Notes: generated by a model not told the origin, from the letters alone. A stretch of DNA of 63,968 nucleotides from Octopus bimaculoides (GCF_001194135.2 NC_068984.1:5686530-5750497); one strand, 5' to 3'; positions 40,615 through 53,873 are shown, numbered from the stretch's first letter. Numbers and translations: made by a program.

Positions 40615-41149
40615 TGCAGCTAATTGGTAGCTCCAAGCTTGGTACTTTTTCATTGTTATTGGGCACTCACTCTAATATATCTGCATATTAAAATAACTCT
40701 TGTTAAAACGTTCTCTAACATACATTTTCATTCCCTTTTACGGGCTGTTCCTTAATCTGTATTAGTTTGTTTTCAACTATATGCATTTGTATTAATACTA
40801 TAAAAGTATATCTAAGAATATACAAGTTAATTTCTTTGTTTATCAAAACAATTTTCGCGCTTTATATTAATTGCGATCAACTGTAAATGAGAAGAGGAGA
40901 TAACATGGGGAACAAAGAAATTTCTTTGAAACTGAAATGCCATGAAGGAAAACCCGCTGATTGACTGGAAAGAGGAACTGTGGACACACCGTTTTGTCTT
41001 CAGCGGCCGTCATCTTTCTTCAGATGAACAAAATTTCAATAAATCAAGAGAATGTATTGTTTTATGTTGTTTAATACACATCTCGATGTCTTTACTAGAC
41101 ATAGTCATGCCATATGCCACAGAAGTAGCATCTCTTATTCGGTCTCATT

Positions 41150-41700
41150 CATGTATAGGCGGGAGTGTGTGGACTAGAGAGAGAAGGAGGAGTAGTGATG
41201 GAGAAAGAAGGAGACTTGAGCGACATTGAGAGAGAGAGTTAGATAAAGAAAGGGTGGGGAAAGAAAAGGGAGAGAGGGTAGATGAGAGAGGTGAAGCGTA
41301 CATTTGTGAACTCGTTTGAGTTCGAGTACGGTCTTGTTGCATGTCTAGTGTGTTATGCTGTGTTGTGAGTGTTGTTGGATGTGTTGCTGGATGTGTTGCG
41401 TTGTGAGTGTTGTTGGATGTGTTGCGTTGTGAGGGTCGTTTCGGTTGTTGTGCACGTGAGTGTGCTTGCCTGCGTGTGTATGTGCGTTCTTTCGAGGTGT
41501 ACAGGTGGTGTGTTAACATTTGTGTGACGTGAGGAGGCTTTGTGTGTGAGCGCTTGTGTGCTAAGTGAGTGTCAAGTGTGGAAGAGTTGTTTTATGGGGG
41601 ATTGTACATGTGGGGGTATTGGGTGTGTTTACATCAGTGTGTGAGCACAGATGGGTGTGGGGCTTCTTACGCAGGAGATAAATTAGCACAAAGTTAGTGC
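41150..41700. repeat. GA-rich then GT-rich low-complexity tract with a GTGAGTGTTGTTGGATGTGTTGC minisatellite
   Basis: Direct reading; strong G over C skew on the plus strand. Confidence 0.7.
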
Positions 41701-42509
41701 ACTGGGAAAGTTCAAATTCTTACAAATCCAATGATTTAAGCGGAATTAATTACTTCACAAACAAATGAATTGGTCAGCGGTACAGATTTTCAAACAAATT
41801 ACGTTTGCTTATGTGCTTTTCAGCAATATTACCTTATTTTGTCTACACTAATAACGGCATGATAGTATCTGTAATTCACAGGATTCTTCGAAACAGCTGT
41901 AAAGAGTGATTTTATCGGGTAAGATTTTAATACAACACATGTGAATATATTCTATACCCATATAATTGTTAATCTATTACCTTAATTTATGCGTACTAGA
42001 AAGAGAAAGAAGTCCAATCTTTCCGACGATGTGAGTTCCAGTTCTTCTCTTTATTAATATCGCATAAGTCACGGAATAATTCCTCAGATACGTGTTCCAC
42101 TACAACAAAAACAGGGAACATAAACATGATACAGTGTGACCCTTTAGCTCCTCAAAGTTTAGGTTTCTATCAGGATATGGTAAGGGAAAGAAAGAGAAAA
42201 TGCACTTGCTCAAGATGGAATTAAGTGTGCTCTTAGCCAGAGCCCCTTGATTGCAAAGTGGATTTCAGCATTCAGCTATGTTTGCATCCACACGCACACG
42301 CTGGCGTGTGTATGAGTGTGTGACACTATATATTAATGAGTGTGTGGTGGGGCGAAAATAGGAGTACAGCTGCTTAATATGAATGGAATGTTCTTTTCAT
42401 ATTTCTATTTCTTTTAGAATTCGACGATCCTATGTTGTTTTTAACTAATTCTTTCCATAATAAGAAAATTATTCTTAATTTCATATATTTATCAAATGGT
42501 TGGAAATGT

Positions 42510-42740
42510 GTCCAACGATGAATGAAAGTGGATCATCAGAGAGTACCGGGAAAACAGAGAATGTTGAAAAGGTTAGATAGAAATAGACTGAAGAATTTCA
42601 AAGACCAGCTCCATCACGATTAACAGTTTATAGAATACTTGACAAATTTGAGCAGACTGGTTTCATCTGCAATGCACAGGAAAATGGTCTACCGGTCAGT
42701 GTTACCACTGAGAAAAATAAAATAATGTCCCCAAAAATAA
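42510..42740 (+). mobile_element. Tc1/mariner-type transposase N-terminal helix-turn-helix remnant (DUF4817-like)
   Basis: Translates KWIIREY..ENVEKVR*K*TEEFQRPAPSRLTVYRILDKFEQTG, with stops and a frameshift. Confidence 0.6.
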
Positions 42741-43429
42741 AAAAAAAGGGGGCTTCCAGCGAACTAGGCATCTCCAGCTGATCTCTTAGTCAACTTATGA
42801 ATCACTTAGGTTTTTAAAAAGAGATAGAGAAATTAACATTACATTCCTATTACGCAATTGCATCACTACTTTTGCCCAGGCCTGTATAATACGTATATGC
42901 TTTTTACTTGCTCTGTTGTCACTAGAAGTTGTTTTTTTTACCTCGCAGTGAGACTCTCCGCGGATATTGCTGCAGACTAATGACGGATACCAGTTCAAAA
43001 ATACAATGATAATAATAATAATATATTCAGTAGATCGTGGTTAATTAAAACGCATATTAATTTATCGCTTTGACTCGTCAAATATTAAACTCAAACTAAT
43101 GTTTTGTTCATTAACGCAAATATTAATTGAATTCTGTTTGCAGTTGAGTATGTATGTGTGTGTGGGTGTGTCTTTATGTCTGTCTGGCTGTGTGTGATGG
43201 CAACGGAATATGTATGAGCGGGTGTGCGATTGTTAGTAAATATGTGTGTGTGGGAGGTCTTATTGAACGGAGCGGTTTTCATGATCTTCCCAAGCCCTGC
43301 GAGACCTGGAAGATCGACTCTGAACATCAATGTTCAGCAGTTAGCGTGACGTGTCTAGGTTTGTTCTTAGACACACGTCACACTAACTGCTGCACAAATG
43401 TATGGTGTGTGGAAGTTGAGGATGGATCA

Positions 43430-43745
43430 GCGAAAGCGTGTGGCTTAGCGATTAAGATATTTGTTTCAAAAGCGTTAGATCGCGAGTTCAATTTCAGGCA
43501 CCGCTTTGTGTTCTTGGGCCAAACACTTTATTTCACATTACTCCGGTTCATTCGGCTGACAAATATGAATTGTATTTGTAATTCAAAGAAGCAAACTCTG
43601 TCACACTGTGTGCCACGTTGAATCTCTCCAAGTATTACATGAAGGGTACGCATGTCTGTGGAGAGCTCAACCAACTGTACGCTAATTTCATGAGCAGGTT
43701 ATCCTGTTAATCGGATCAATTGGAACCCGCGTCGTTATAACCTAC
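43430..43745 (+). mobile_element. SINE family D
   Basis: GTGGCTTAGCGATTAAG..GAGTTCAATTTC head; body shared with 17395-17710. Confidence 0.75.
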
Positions 43746-44224
43746 AGTGCCGGTTTTAAAGGATGGATCAAGATTAGCATGGACATAATTGAGGGTGTGT
43801 GGGCGGGTCTACGCGTGGACTCTTTAAAACTAATTGCACATTCTTTACAATAACGTCGCTTCACTATGCAGTTACTTATGTGTTTCTACAAACATTACTT
43901 TTTTTTTTTATTTTCCCCCTTTTTCCCCCAAATGATTGCAATATCATTTAATGTTTTATCATCTTCAAATATTTTTAATAAACTCATATTAGTTTTGCTA
44001 ATTGTCATACCTCCATTAACTCATCGTTATTTCGAAAAGTTCTGTGGAGTTTGTTTCACTAATGAGGACACAATAAAATCGAAACTTGGCCAGAAATGTC
44101 TCTTTTAATATCCGGAATAAACAGAGTAATATTTATCATTGAGCTTGGGGTTTGGTTCACAGCAATATTATGAAACATATTAATAACTAACCCAAATAAA
44201 ACACATACATAGCATAACTATTAT

Positions 44225-44412
44225 ATAATAATAACTTCGAAAAATACTTTAGGAATGAGAACCCAAGTTCAAAATTTCCCCCAAGACACCTGATGAAGGC
44301 TGGAGGGTATATCAGCCGAAACGTTGTGTTAACAACAAACAAGATGAGGACAAATATCCGTCAAATGTAAAATAATGTACATAACTCCTCATCTCTTAAA
44401 TATAGAACTGTA
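44225..44412 (+). mobile_element. Headless copy of the hammerhead-bearing element
   Basis: Near-identical to 3030-3208, from CGAAAAATAC.TTAGGAATGAGAACC to CTCTTAAATATAGAAC. Confidence 0.85.
44285..44330 (+). ncRNA. Minimal type I hammerhead ribozyme (Penelope-like-element style), predicted cleavage after GUU at 44325
   Basis: Stem I GACAC/GTGTT; core CTGATGA (44290-44296) plus an extra A; stem II GGCTG/CAGCC with a 10-nt loop; GAAA; palindromic AACGTT stem III. Confidence 0.7.
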
Positions 44413-44416
44413 TTAT

Positions 44417-44493
44417 CAAACGATGCCTCAAGTGACAATTCCTGGCCACCAAACGATTCCTCAAGTGATAGTTCCTGGCCCTCAAACGATTCC
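44417..44493. repeat. 33-bp tandem repeat, about 2.3 copies
   Basis: CAAACGAT(G/T)CCTCAAGTGA(C/T)A(A/G)TTCCTGGCC units at 44417, 44450, 44483. Confidence 0.85.
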
Positions 44494-45387
44494 ATGTAGC
44501 ACTACAATGTGTTTTCTTTTTATATCGTTTCTTTCTGTGCTTGTTAACAAATAAGTCGAAGAGAAACATAGAACGGTGAGAATAAGACTTTCAACCGGTT
44601 GCCATGCAAACCTACCCCTCATTATTAGCTTCATTATCAATAGGGTGAAACCTTATTTATGCATAATAACCAGCATCGATTTGTTTATATCTCCGTAGAA
44701 TAAGAACTTGGTTCGAGTGTTTGATTAAAACTCTTACAAGACACTCCAGCTAGGCCGTAGTCCGATAGCAAACATGTAAAAGCAAAAAACACATGCATAT
44801 ACACACGTATATACATGTAGACACACACACAAATATATATATATATATATATATACTCACCAAACAGTTAGCATTGTTTAGAATATTATGTAAAACACTT
44901 CTCTCTATGAACAATTCTCCTATCATCATCATCATCATAACTATCAATGGTGAACGCCATCATCACTATGAAGACATTGGTGTTGCCAATCTGTGTGTTA
45001 TGGCAGTCAGAATGTTTGACTCCTTTCACTTGTCCTGATATGTAAAACAGTATCGATATCCGACATTATGGAAATATCTGTGGAAAGTCTTATTAGCAGC
45101 TTTATGAAGCAGTTACAGAATGACTGAGACAAAATCTGCCAAAATATAATCCATTTCACAGTTAAACAATTTCAGCGAAAGACATCTCTCGTTGTCCAGA
45201 ACGTGACTCACACAGATAAGTTTATATTACAGCCCCTGTCGTATTAGTCAAGTTAAAACGGACGTCCAAAAGTCAGCAGAGAGAGAGAGAGAGAGAGGTA
45301 GATAGGTAAATAATATAAATTGACTACTGACGTCAAGACCGCACTCGTCACAACTACCACACGCACATGTGTATGTATATATATATA

Positions 45388-45763
45388 CTGTAGTACCTCG
45401 CAGTACGAGTGCCCCATTATACGAGTAATTTGCTTTACTAGCCGAGACTCGTGCAAATTTTTGTCTTGAAGTACGATCAGAAATCCGCAGTACGAGCATA
45501 CAAATCGTCCCACCTTTAAGGTAATTCAGTTAATAAAACCATTTTACATATTTCTTTTGCATTTCCTTTTTTATAATTGTCATTTTACTTGTAACTACAC
45601 ATTTTCTGTTTTACAACCCATAAAAAATTATCGTTGAGTGGTTTTGGCGGTCTGGAACGGATTAATTATATTTTAGTTAATTTCAATGGAGAAATTTTAT
45701 TTGTAAAACGAGTGAAGCATAAGATGAGCTCGGTCATGGAACTGTAATACTGAGGTATTACTG
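45388..45763. mobile_element. pogo/Tigger-type MITE
   Basis: Imperfect terminal inverted repeats CTGTAGTACCTC / GAGGTATTACTG flanked by TA on both sides; no coding capacity. Confidence 0.7.
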
Positions 45764-46194
45764 TATATAAATATATATACACGCGCGCACACACACACAC
45801 TATTCTCTTGTTGGTAGAATCATTAAAAGAATTACTCCATCCAACGAAGAATACATATTTTTTAATAAACAGATCTAAATATGAGCTGTTATAAGTTTCA
45901 TGTCTCATTTCGATAAAATAATTCGAGAACGAAGCGGAGTGACTGATGTGATCGTAGAATATCAAACGCATGAGTTCTGTTGGGTCAGACATGTCAGAAG
46001 GTTCTCGGTCAACAGCTGGCGCCGTGCAGGGGCCGAGTGATACCCAAGAGATCGGAAAAGACCACGACTATGGGAAGGTAATTTATTTAAGCAATTTGGG
46101 TCAAAATGGAAAAGAATGAAGCAATCAAAACAGAACCGGAAGCGCGTCGTGACAAGTGGGGTATAACGGCATCTGCTGATCACATAGACTCCAG

Positions 46195-46280
46195 ATTTCA
46201 ACTGGTATTTCGTTTTATCGATTTTGAAAGGATGAAAGGCTAAGTTGACCTCAGCAGAATTTGAACTCAGAACGTATACA
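46195..46280 (-). mobile_element. SINE family B fragment
   Basis: GGATGAAAGGCTAAGTTGACCTCAGCAGAATTTGAACTCAGAACG. Confidence 0.75.
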
Positions 46281-46339
46281 TAACTACATTGTTTCTTTCT
46301 GAGTAATCTCACGCACACAAACATTTGTGTATATATATA

Positions 46340-46535
46340 TATGAGAGAATATACAAATAATAACAACAGACGAGGACAGGTGGTGTAAATAACAAAAGTA
46401 TATATTAGTATGACGCTCGGGAATACGGAAAGTCTTTGACGTTTCGAGCTACGCTCTTCAACAGAAAGAATACGGAGACAAGGAGAAAAACACGGAGAAA
46501 AAAAATTGAATAGTGTTCAGTCAACGGTCAATCAT
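46340..46535 (-). mobile_element. Penelope-like terminal-repeat-type fragment of a second family
   Basis: Contains a hammerhead-like fold at 46433-46469; unrelated in sequence to the 44225 family. Confidence 0.5.
46433..46469 (-). ncRNA. Hammerhead-like motif with core variant CUGUUGA
   Basis: Minus strand TCTTT-CTGTTGA-A-GAGC-GTA-GCTC-GAAA-CGTC-AAAGA: stems I and II pair perfectly, GUC cleavage triplet, A6 replaced by U. Confidence 0.5.
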
Positions 46536-46542
46536 AATAATG

Positions 46543-46595
<53 letters not shown>

Positions 46596-48370
46596 TACCA
46601 AGATCGATGTTGCATTTCATTTCATCATTTCGGGCTCCATAAAATAAATGCAAATTGAGCCCTGGGGCCAATATAACCGGTTAGCCCTTCCCCTCAAATT
46701 TCAGGCGTTGTACGTTTCGTAAAAATGAAAGTTTCTGTTGAAAATTACTGCCACTTCTTCAATTAAGTTTGAAAATAAGGAAAATAACTTCATTAAGGTT
46801 GTGTGTGGAATATAAAATTGGCATAAAATTTTGATGGAATATTTTAATTTATATCATTTAAAAACAGAACGTTTGTTTCGTAGAGCCAAGGCTGGTCTGA
46901 AGAAGGTTAATATAAAAAGAATTAAAAATTGAAACAATTTCTCAGTTTGAATTCCGTCACATATTGCGCTATCAATTGTAAATATGTCGAGTTGTGTTGT
47001 ACTTCAAATCCTCAAATGATGTTTGGAGACTTCCTTGGTGGAAAGTATCAATGAAAAGCTATTATTTCTTTCAGCAAAACAATTCGATGATTCCTGTTAG
47101 TTATCCTTGTTCAATCTATTTTTTTCCTTCTCCTCAATGACAGATTTTCTTTGCAAAGATGTAAAACTGGCATTTATTATTATTTAGTTTCTACTTGTTT
47201 CAACTATTGGATTGCGACCATACAGGCAATCAGTAAAGGACCCTACACACACACACACACACACACACACAGTGAGAGAGAAATTTCCTAAAATAGAGGC
47301 AGTGGATGATAGAATAGTTATGGAAAGAGTTATGCAAAAGAGCAATTTGTTTAATTTAATTTCATTTTAATTTATTAAATATTTATCATCTGAAAATTAA
47401 TTTTCACTATGGTATTTTGTATTAATCTCATAAATTTTGGTAAAAGTTAAATTTTATTTACTGTATATACGCCATAATTCTTGATTTTACACACAGTGGC
47501 AAAAGAATATTAGCAAAGACATCGGTCATCTGTCTGCGATAGAGCAACAAAAGTTAGCACAAGCAAAACTATAGCTAGTACTGTTTCACCTTTGTATACA
47601 TTTGTGTATATATATACCGGTATTTTAATCCCTTCCAAGTGCGTATTTTAATTTAATATCAGCCTGGCTAATTTTCCCACCAATCAGTAAAAGTTTTGTT
47701 TACATATTCTACACATGGAACAAAGATGCTCGTTTAGAACACCCTGGTTATTCGTCTCTCCGGAGACTAAATTATCGTAATCCTCTAGCGTTCTCATCGA
47801 AGCCCTGAGTTTCTTTTTAACACCCAAGTCTCTTTGGGCGGTTTTGCTAAGACCAAAAGTATTTCAACTAGCGCTGTTCCATTCTTTTATACACACCAGT
47901 TTGTGTATATGCGTGTGTGTGTGTCACAGGCAGACAAAAACATACAAAAAACGAAACGATATCACAAACGGACGGTTGAATCGCTCATTAATTGTCTATT
48001 GGAAACTATTACAATTTCAGTATCAGTACAGTCTTGTTTATTTCTCTGGTACCTACAGATTATTAACGTTTCTAAATTAAAGAAAATTGAGTATAAAGGC
48101 TTGGTACGGGAAGTAGTACAAGAAGTAAGCAAAATATATATATAAAAAAAAAGATTGTCTCATCAAATCACTTTATATAAAGACAATTTGTGAGAAAGAG
48201 AAGTTACAAGACGAAATAGTGAAATGAAAATCTGTACTCTTAACAGAAAATATACAATACAAAGAAACAAGTAGATAACATATATGGTTTTCGATCTTGA
48301 TAAATAAAGTGTCACATGGAAAATCCACACCTACACTTATTGATAAACGTATATGTGAGTGTTGAGTCAC

Positions 48371-48496
48371 CTTGTGCCCTTTTGTGCCTTCAATTCTACT
48401 TAGACTAGTAAAGGTACCATCGTAACCTAAAGCAAGTGTAGGCCAATTTTCGCTAGTATTTCCAGAAGGAGATGAGAATAAAGCAGCCAATACAAA
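48371..48496 (-). CDS. Candidate phase 0-0 exon (FVLAALFSSPSGNTSENWPTLALGYDGTFTSLSRIEGTKGHK), product unknown
   Basis: tacag acceptor, AAG|gtgact donor, 126 bp; only one frame open. Confidence 0.25.
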
Positions 48497-49273
48497 CTGT
48501 ATGTGCGTATATATAGTGATATCAATAACGCAGCAACACTGACAATATAGACAAGTTGAAAGTGTAATAACATTAGAGTAAAAGTACATTGTTGCATGAT
48601 TAAACATGTTGCTGCTTCCTGTCCTAAGAAATCACCATCATGCATATATATATATATATATATACCGACTGTTATAAATTCATAGGATTGTGGCATTTGT
48701 GTGTTTGTATGTGTTTGTGTGTATTCAATCGAGACAGTTCTTAATAGCAGTCTCGATCTTAATGAAGCGGAACTGTGCCATCGTGAATATATCAGCTTTT
48801 CTTTGGCTCAATGGAGCTCTTTTACTCCGCCTCACAACTTGTATACACTTTGCTTTTCACCTAAATTACACAAATGTAATGGCTCTATTGATGATTATAG
48901 GATCTAACCAAACTCTTGCTCAGTTTCATACACTTTGCTTAAATTATTCCTAGGAGAACAGCTTTGGTGATCCGAAATGTTGTACTCTGTGAGAAAATTT
49001 AAATTGTATTTCGATAGTCTCGCTCGTTCTATAAAATCAATGCAGCAGAAACCTAGTGTTAATTCTCTCTTCGTACAACATTGTCCAATTTTTAATATTC
49101 AATTGATCCAAGCAACGCTGTTACTCTAATCCGTCATCAGAATCATGTTGAGTGAAAGTTTATACAGAACTGATCTATTTCGACTCCAAGAAAATCTCAT
49201 TTTTTTTCTTGTCGTTTCGTCTCTCGTTTCATGACGATATAGTCGCTCCTAGAACCGGTCACAAACGTCATAT

Positions 49274-49311
<38 letters not shown>

Positions 49312-51199
49312 CACATCCACAACTGAAGCAGAAGACCTGATCGTGACGCCATTTTTATATTGAAGGATATAATTTAATTTTCAGAATAATGTGAATAATT
49401 TAGGATCTATCAAACTCGACAATTGTCTATGTAGCATGGTTTTCTATTAAATTCTTCTCCCATATTAATTTAGAATTAATCATAGATTTTCAAACACGTT
49501 TATCTAATATATTTCTCATACCATGGAGATTTTAATTCAATGCACATTTGCCTTTCCACAAGATATTGGATTCACTTGGAAGCTTCTTTAATTAAGAATT
49601 GTAAAGGACGCTGGAATAGTTGAAAACGGTTATTTCCCTTACTATTTTAGAGTGGTGTTTACTTACATGTTCTTAGGTTGTTCGCAATGAGAGATAAGAC
49701 GTGAATGCATATAGACAATGACAACAGTGAAGTTTGTGTTTCCAAATATTTTATTAACCTCCATCGTTATATTTAGAAACGTACATTCAATATATTAATG
49801 GATCAATGTTTAATGAACATAAGGGCTGGTAATTTTCTGTATATAACTTGCTGGGTAATATAATAAAAGGAATGCAAGGAAATTAATCACTGCTTTATAA
49901 TCAATATGTGTTACTGGGCAATGCAAACATAGGTTAGGATTTTTGTTGACTCTCACGTAATTATGTTGCTTAAAATGGAGAGGGTGAGTGAGAAACTTGT
50001 TGAGACAAACGACACTGATTCCCACTGACGCTTGCGTTGTTCTAGTTATGTTAGATTATATCATCTTATTATATCTGTTAGCCATCCTTCTAGAATTTTC
50101 GGCCAAACTGTTTGGCGGGAAAATTTATCAGCCATAGCAAGTCGGACAGTGCTGATTGGTCGAGACATGAAGGTAGTTGTTAGTACCGTTTACGGTGAAA
50201 CTTTTCCTTTCATAGAAATATATTAGTTCGTGGTAACATTTGAGAACTATGGTTCAAATTTCAACGGGAAGCAGTGTCTCAGTACAGTACCATCTGCTGC
50301 AGGTAGAACATATTGTTGTTCTTACAAAACGTTTGTCCACTGAAAATGTATTTCTATTCAAACATTCTCTTCCACTTAAGTTATAGCATTTAACTGGTTC
50401 TCACAGTTAGAATATAAGCTGTATCTGCATAATAAATTTACTTTTCAAATAATAAACATTTAATAGTGAGAGTAAGTACTGAATTGTTCCCAGCATGCCT
50501 AGGAACATGACGTCACAACGCTCCCATGAAAGGCAACTCCAGTCACTTAAATGAGCGATACCTTACGTTCAGGTTTTATTCTGAAATCTTTGAATGAAAA
50601 TGTTCACTAAAGTTAAAAGTTCTATAGTAAGCATTGAATCGTTCCCGACATGCTTCGCAAAATTACGTCACAGCACTTCCATGAAAGACGACTCTATCAC
50701 TTTAATGTGTGGCTGTTGTTACACCCAGCATTTCTTTTTTCGCTATATCTTCCACTTAAATGTTTCCAAATGGCATTCATTTTTGATTTATTGCATTCTT
50801 TTTATGTTGCACTCTCAAACTTTTAAAGTCTTTGAAATATGTTTTAACGTTAGGATCACAGTTACATTGAAAGTAATGGTTGTAGCTTTGCTGTGAGTGT
50901 ATTTTATGTGTTGCTTTAATTTTGCTTTCCTGCAGGCTCAATAGTTATGTGATAGTTCTCCTTTTATTTGCGCCTGAGACAGCTCTTGACATTGTTCAAG
51001 GATATATGTTGAATAATATCAACAATATACAAGGTACGATGAAAGGGGTGATATAAGTAGACATAAACGATTTTTGAAGCTAACATGGAAGCATAAATCT
51101 CAGAGAACAGAAACTGCCTAAAAGGGATGCAACATTGTAAACATTGATGCCCTAAAGGCAAAAGGTTTAAAAGCATGTTAGGCAATTCTTTTATCTTTT

Positions 51200-51545
51200 A
51201 CTTGCTTCAGTCATTAGAATGCGGTCATGCTGGAGCACCAACTTGAATTTTTAGTCGACCGAATCGTTCCTAATACAAGGATTGTTCTTCTATCGGGCTC
51301 TTTGGCTGAACCGCTAAGTTACGGGGGTCATAAACACCGGTAGTCAAGCGATGGTGACAGGAACAAAGACACAGACATATATATATACAATGGGATTCTT
51401 TCAGTTTCCATCTACAATATCTACTCACGAGACTTTGGTCGCCCCGAGGATATAGAACACATTTGCCCAAGATCCCACACAGAGGGGCTGAGCCTGGAAC
51501 CATATAGTTGGAAAACTAACTTCTTATTACACAGTCACACCTAGA
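51200..51545 (-). mobile_element. SINE family A
   Basis: GCGGTCATGCTGGAGCACC..CTTTCAGTTTCCATCTAC..CTGAGCCTGGAACC. Confidence 0.8.
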
Positions 51546-51834
51546 GTAATATAGGTCGACTGATGCCGTATTTTAAACTAACACAGAAGCAGAAAGCTTT
51601 GTTCTTATAGGAAAATTCGCAGAACAGAACTCTCTAAGAAGAATGGAACATTCCAAACAGTAATGACTTGGGAAAAAGAGATATACGTAATTAGTTTTTT
51701 CTTTAATTAATTCTAATCCGGTAATCCTAATATGGTTTGGAATTACAACAATATCCAAGATATACCGTTGAAGACATTTTTATTTAAATACACACACACA
51801 AAACTCATCTCTCTCTCTCTCTGATATATATATA

Positions 51835-52042
51835 TATATGTTTGTGTGTCTGTGTTTGCCCCCGCCACCATCGTTTGTCAACCGATGCTGGTGTGTTCAC
51901 GTCCCCATATCTTAGCGGTTCGGCAAAAGAGACCGATAGAATAAGTACTAGCTTTACAAAAAATAAAAGTCCTGGGGTCGATTTGTTCGATTTAAGGCGG
52001 AGCTCCAGTCAAATGACAAACAAATAAAAGGATAAAAGAATA
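51835..52042 (+). mobile_element. SINE family A, 3' half
   Basis: GTCAACCGATGCTGGTGTGTTCACGTCCCC..GGGGTCGATTTG. Confidence 0.85.
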
Positions 52043-52218
52043 TATTGTCCTCTTATCCCGACTCTCTCTCTCTCTCTCTCTCTCTGTCCCTCTATTTTTC
52101 CTTCTCTGTATCTGTCTCATTCTCACACTGTGTGTGTGTGTGTGTATGTGTGTTTATGTATGCGATTTATAGTTTAGACTGAGTGATTCGAAGATTGAAT
52201 GATAGTTATTGATACATA

Positions 52219-52532
52219 NNNNNNNNNNNNNNNNNNNNNNNNNNNNNNNNNNNNNNNNNNNNNNNNNNNNNNNNNNNNNNNNNNNNNNNNNNNNNNNNNN
52301 NNNNNNNNNNNNNNNNNNNNNNNNNNNNNNNNNNNNNNNNNNNNNNNNNNNNNNNNNNNNNNNNNNNNNNNNNNNNNNNNNNNNNNNNNNNNNNNNNNNN
52401 NNNNNNNNNNNNNNNNNNNNNNNNNNNNNNNNNNNNNNNNNNNNNNNNNNNNNNNNNNNNNNNNNNNNNNNNNNNNNNNNNNNNNNNNNNNNNNNNNNNN
52501 NNNNNNNNNNNNNNNNNNNNNNNNNNNNNNNN
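52219..52532. other. Assembly gap (314 N); smaller gaps at 18261-18270, 56500-56509, 59179-59194
   Basis: N runs. Confidence 0.99.
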
Positions 52533-52760
52533 ATATATATATATATACACTTATATATATATATATATACACTTATATATATATATATACACTTATATAT
52601 ATATATATACACTTATATATATATATACACTTATATATATATATACACTTATATATATATATATATATATATATACACTTATATATATATATATACACTT
52701 ATATATATATATATACACACTTATATATTTATATATATACACATACACACACATATATAT
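52533..52760. repeat. (TA)n-CACT minisatellite
   Basis: About eight units of ATATATAT..ATACACTT. Confidence 0.9.
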
Positions 52761-53785
52761 ATCGTAACATTTGACAGAAAGGCGACAGAAGCACTGGGGA
52801 AAATTTGAGAGAGAGGAGAGGCGATAGAAAGGCAACCAGATAGAAGGGAGGAGGGGAGAGAGCGAGAGATTAAGAGAAACATAAGGAGTGGGAGAAATAA
52901 GAAAAAAGCACTTAGATTACATATATCATATTCATAGAATTGGAAAAGTGAAATCATAGGTGATCGATAGATCAATAATAAACCTAAAATAAAAAGAGCA
53001 CAGATAGGAGGTAGGTAGAAATTAGAGCGTGAGTAAGTGTGAGGGAGAGAAAGGGAGTGGTGGTGGGGGTAGAACATGAATAGAAAGATATCGACAAGGC
53101 AAAGAAATGAATGTGTGCGTGTATGCATTTGTGTGTGTGTATATATATATATATATGTGTTTGTGTGTGTGTGTATTTTTATATGTATGTGTGTGCATGT
53201 ATGCGCGTGTGTGTGTGTAGACACACACGTACACGAATTGTAAAGTTCCGCGTATCTTTCCATTTACATAACTCCATTTTATTATTGTACTCAAGTTCTG
53301 CATTTGACGTAATTCTATATTAAGTTCTGCTTCATTGAGCTCTTTTAGAACTAACATTTTCCTCTTCGTATTCTTCTTAATATTATTATTAGAGAAGTTT
53401 CTGGATATTTACTCAAATCGTTTGAAATAGTAGATGCATATCTCTGTCATATCACACCATACCGTCTTAAAAATGAAAGGAAAATTTGGGTAAATTCATC
53501 GAACTTTAAAGGATTGGTGACAACTGTAGCTGATAATCGCAAATGTCACCTGATCAAAGTGGATCTTGAAGTAGATAAAAAAAAAAAACAATAACCTAAT
53601 GTAAGAAATCGCTTTACTAATTTCTAGAATGTCATCCGCGATTTGCGCTGTATATATACATCCTCGTTTGGTACGGGTGTTCAATTCATGAATCATCTCC
53701 ACGCACGTTGTAAATGGAATGCGACAGAGATTCGTTGACACCAAACACGCATTTTACAACAGTAAAACCTTTCACTTTAACGTAC

Positions 53786-53873
53786 TTTCTTGATCCTCTC
53801 TAATTCTTCCTGTAGAGAATCTATTCGTCTGCGTTGTTGCTTGGGATCAGGCACCTTCTTATTTTTCGGTTCA
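53786..53873 (-). CDS. Candidate exon 3 of an unknown minus-strand gene (EPKNKKVPDPKQQRRRIDSLQEELERIKK, coiled-coil-like)
   Basis: ccag acceptor (weak pyrimidine tract), AAA|gtacgt donor; phase 2 to 0, compatible with 54205-54271. Confidence 0.4.

Noticed and set aside
9452-53357. Track ORFs rich in YI/HT/CV/SL/ER dipeptides and the recurring DGLLSVSVYQIHSQGFG peptides
   Set aside because: These are translations of (TA)n, (CA)n, (CT)n microsatellites, N runs and SINE family A bodies.
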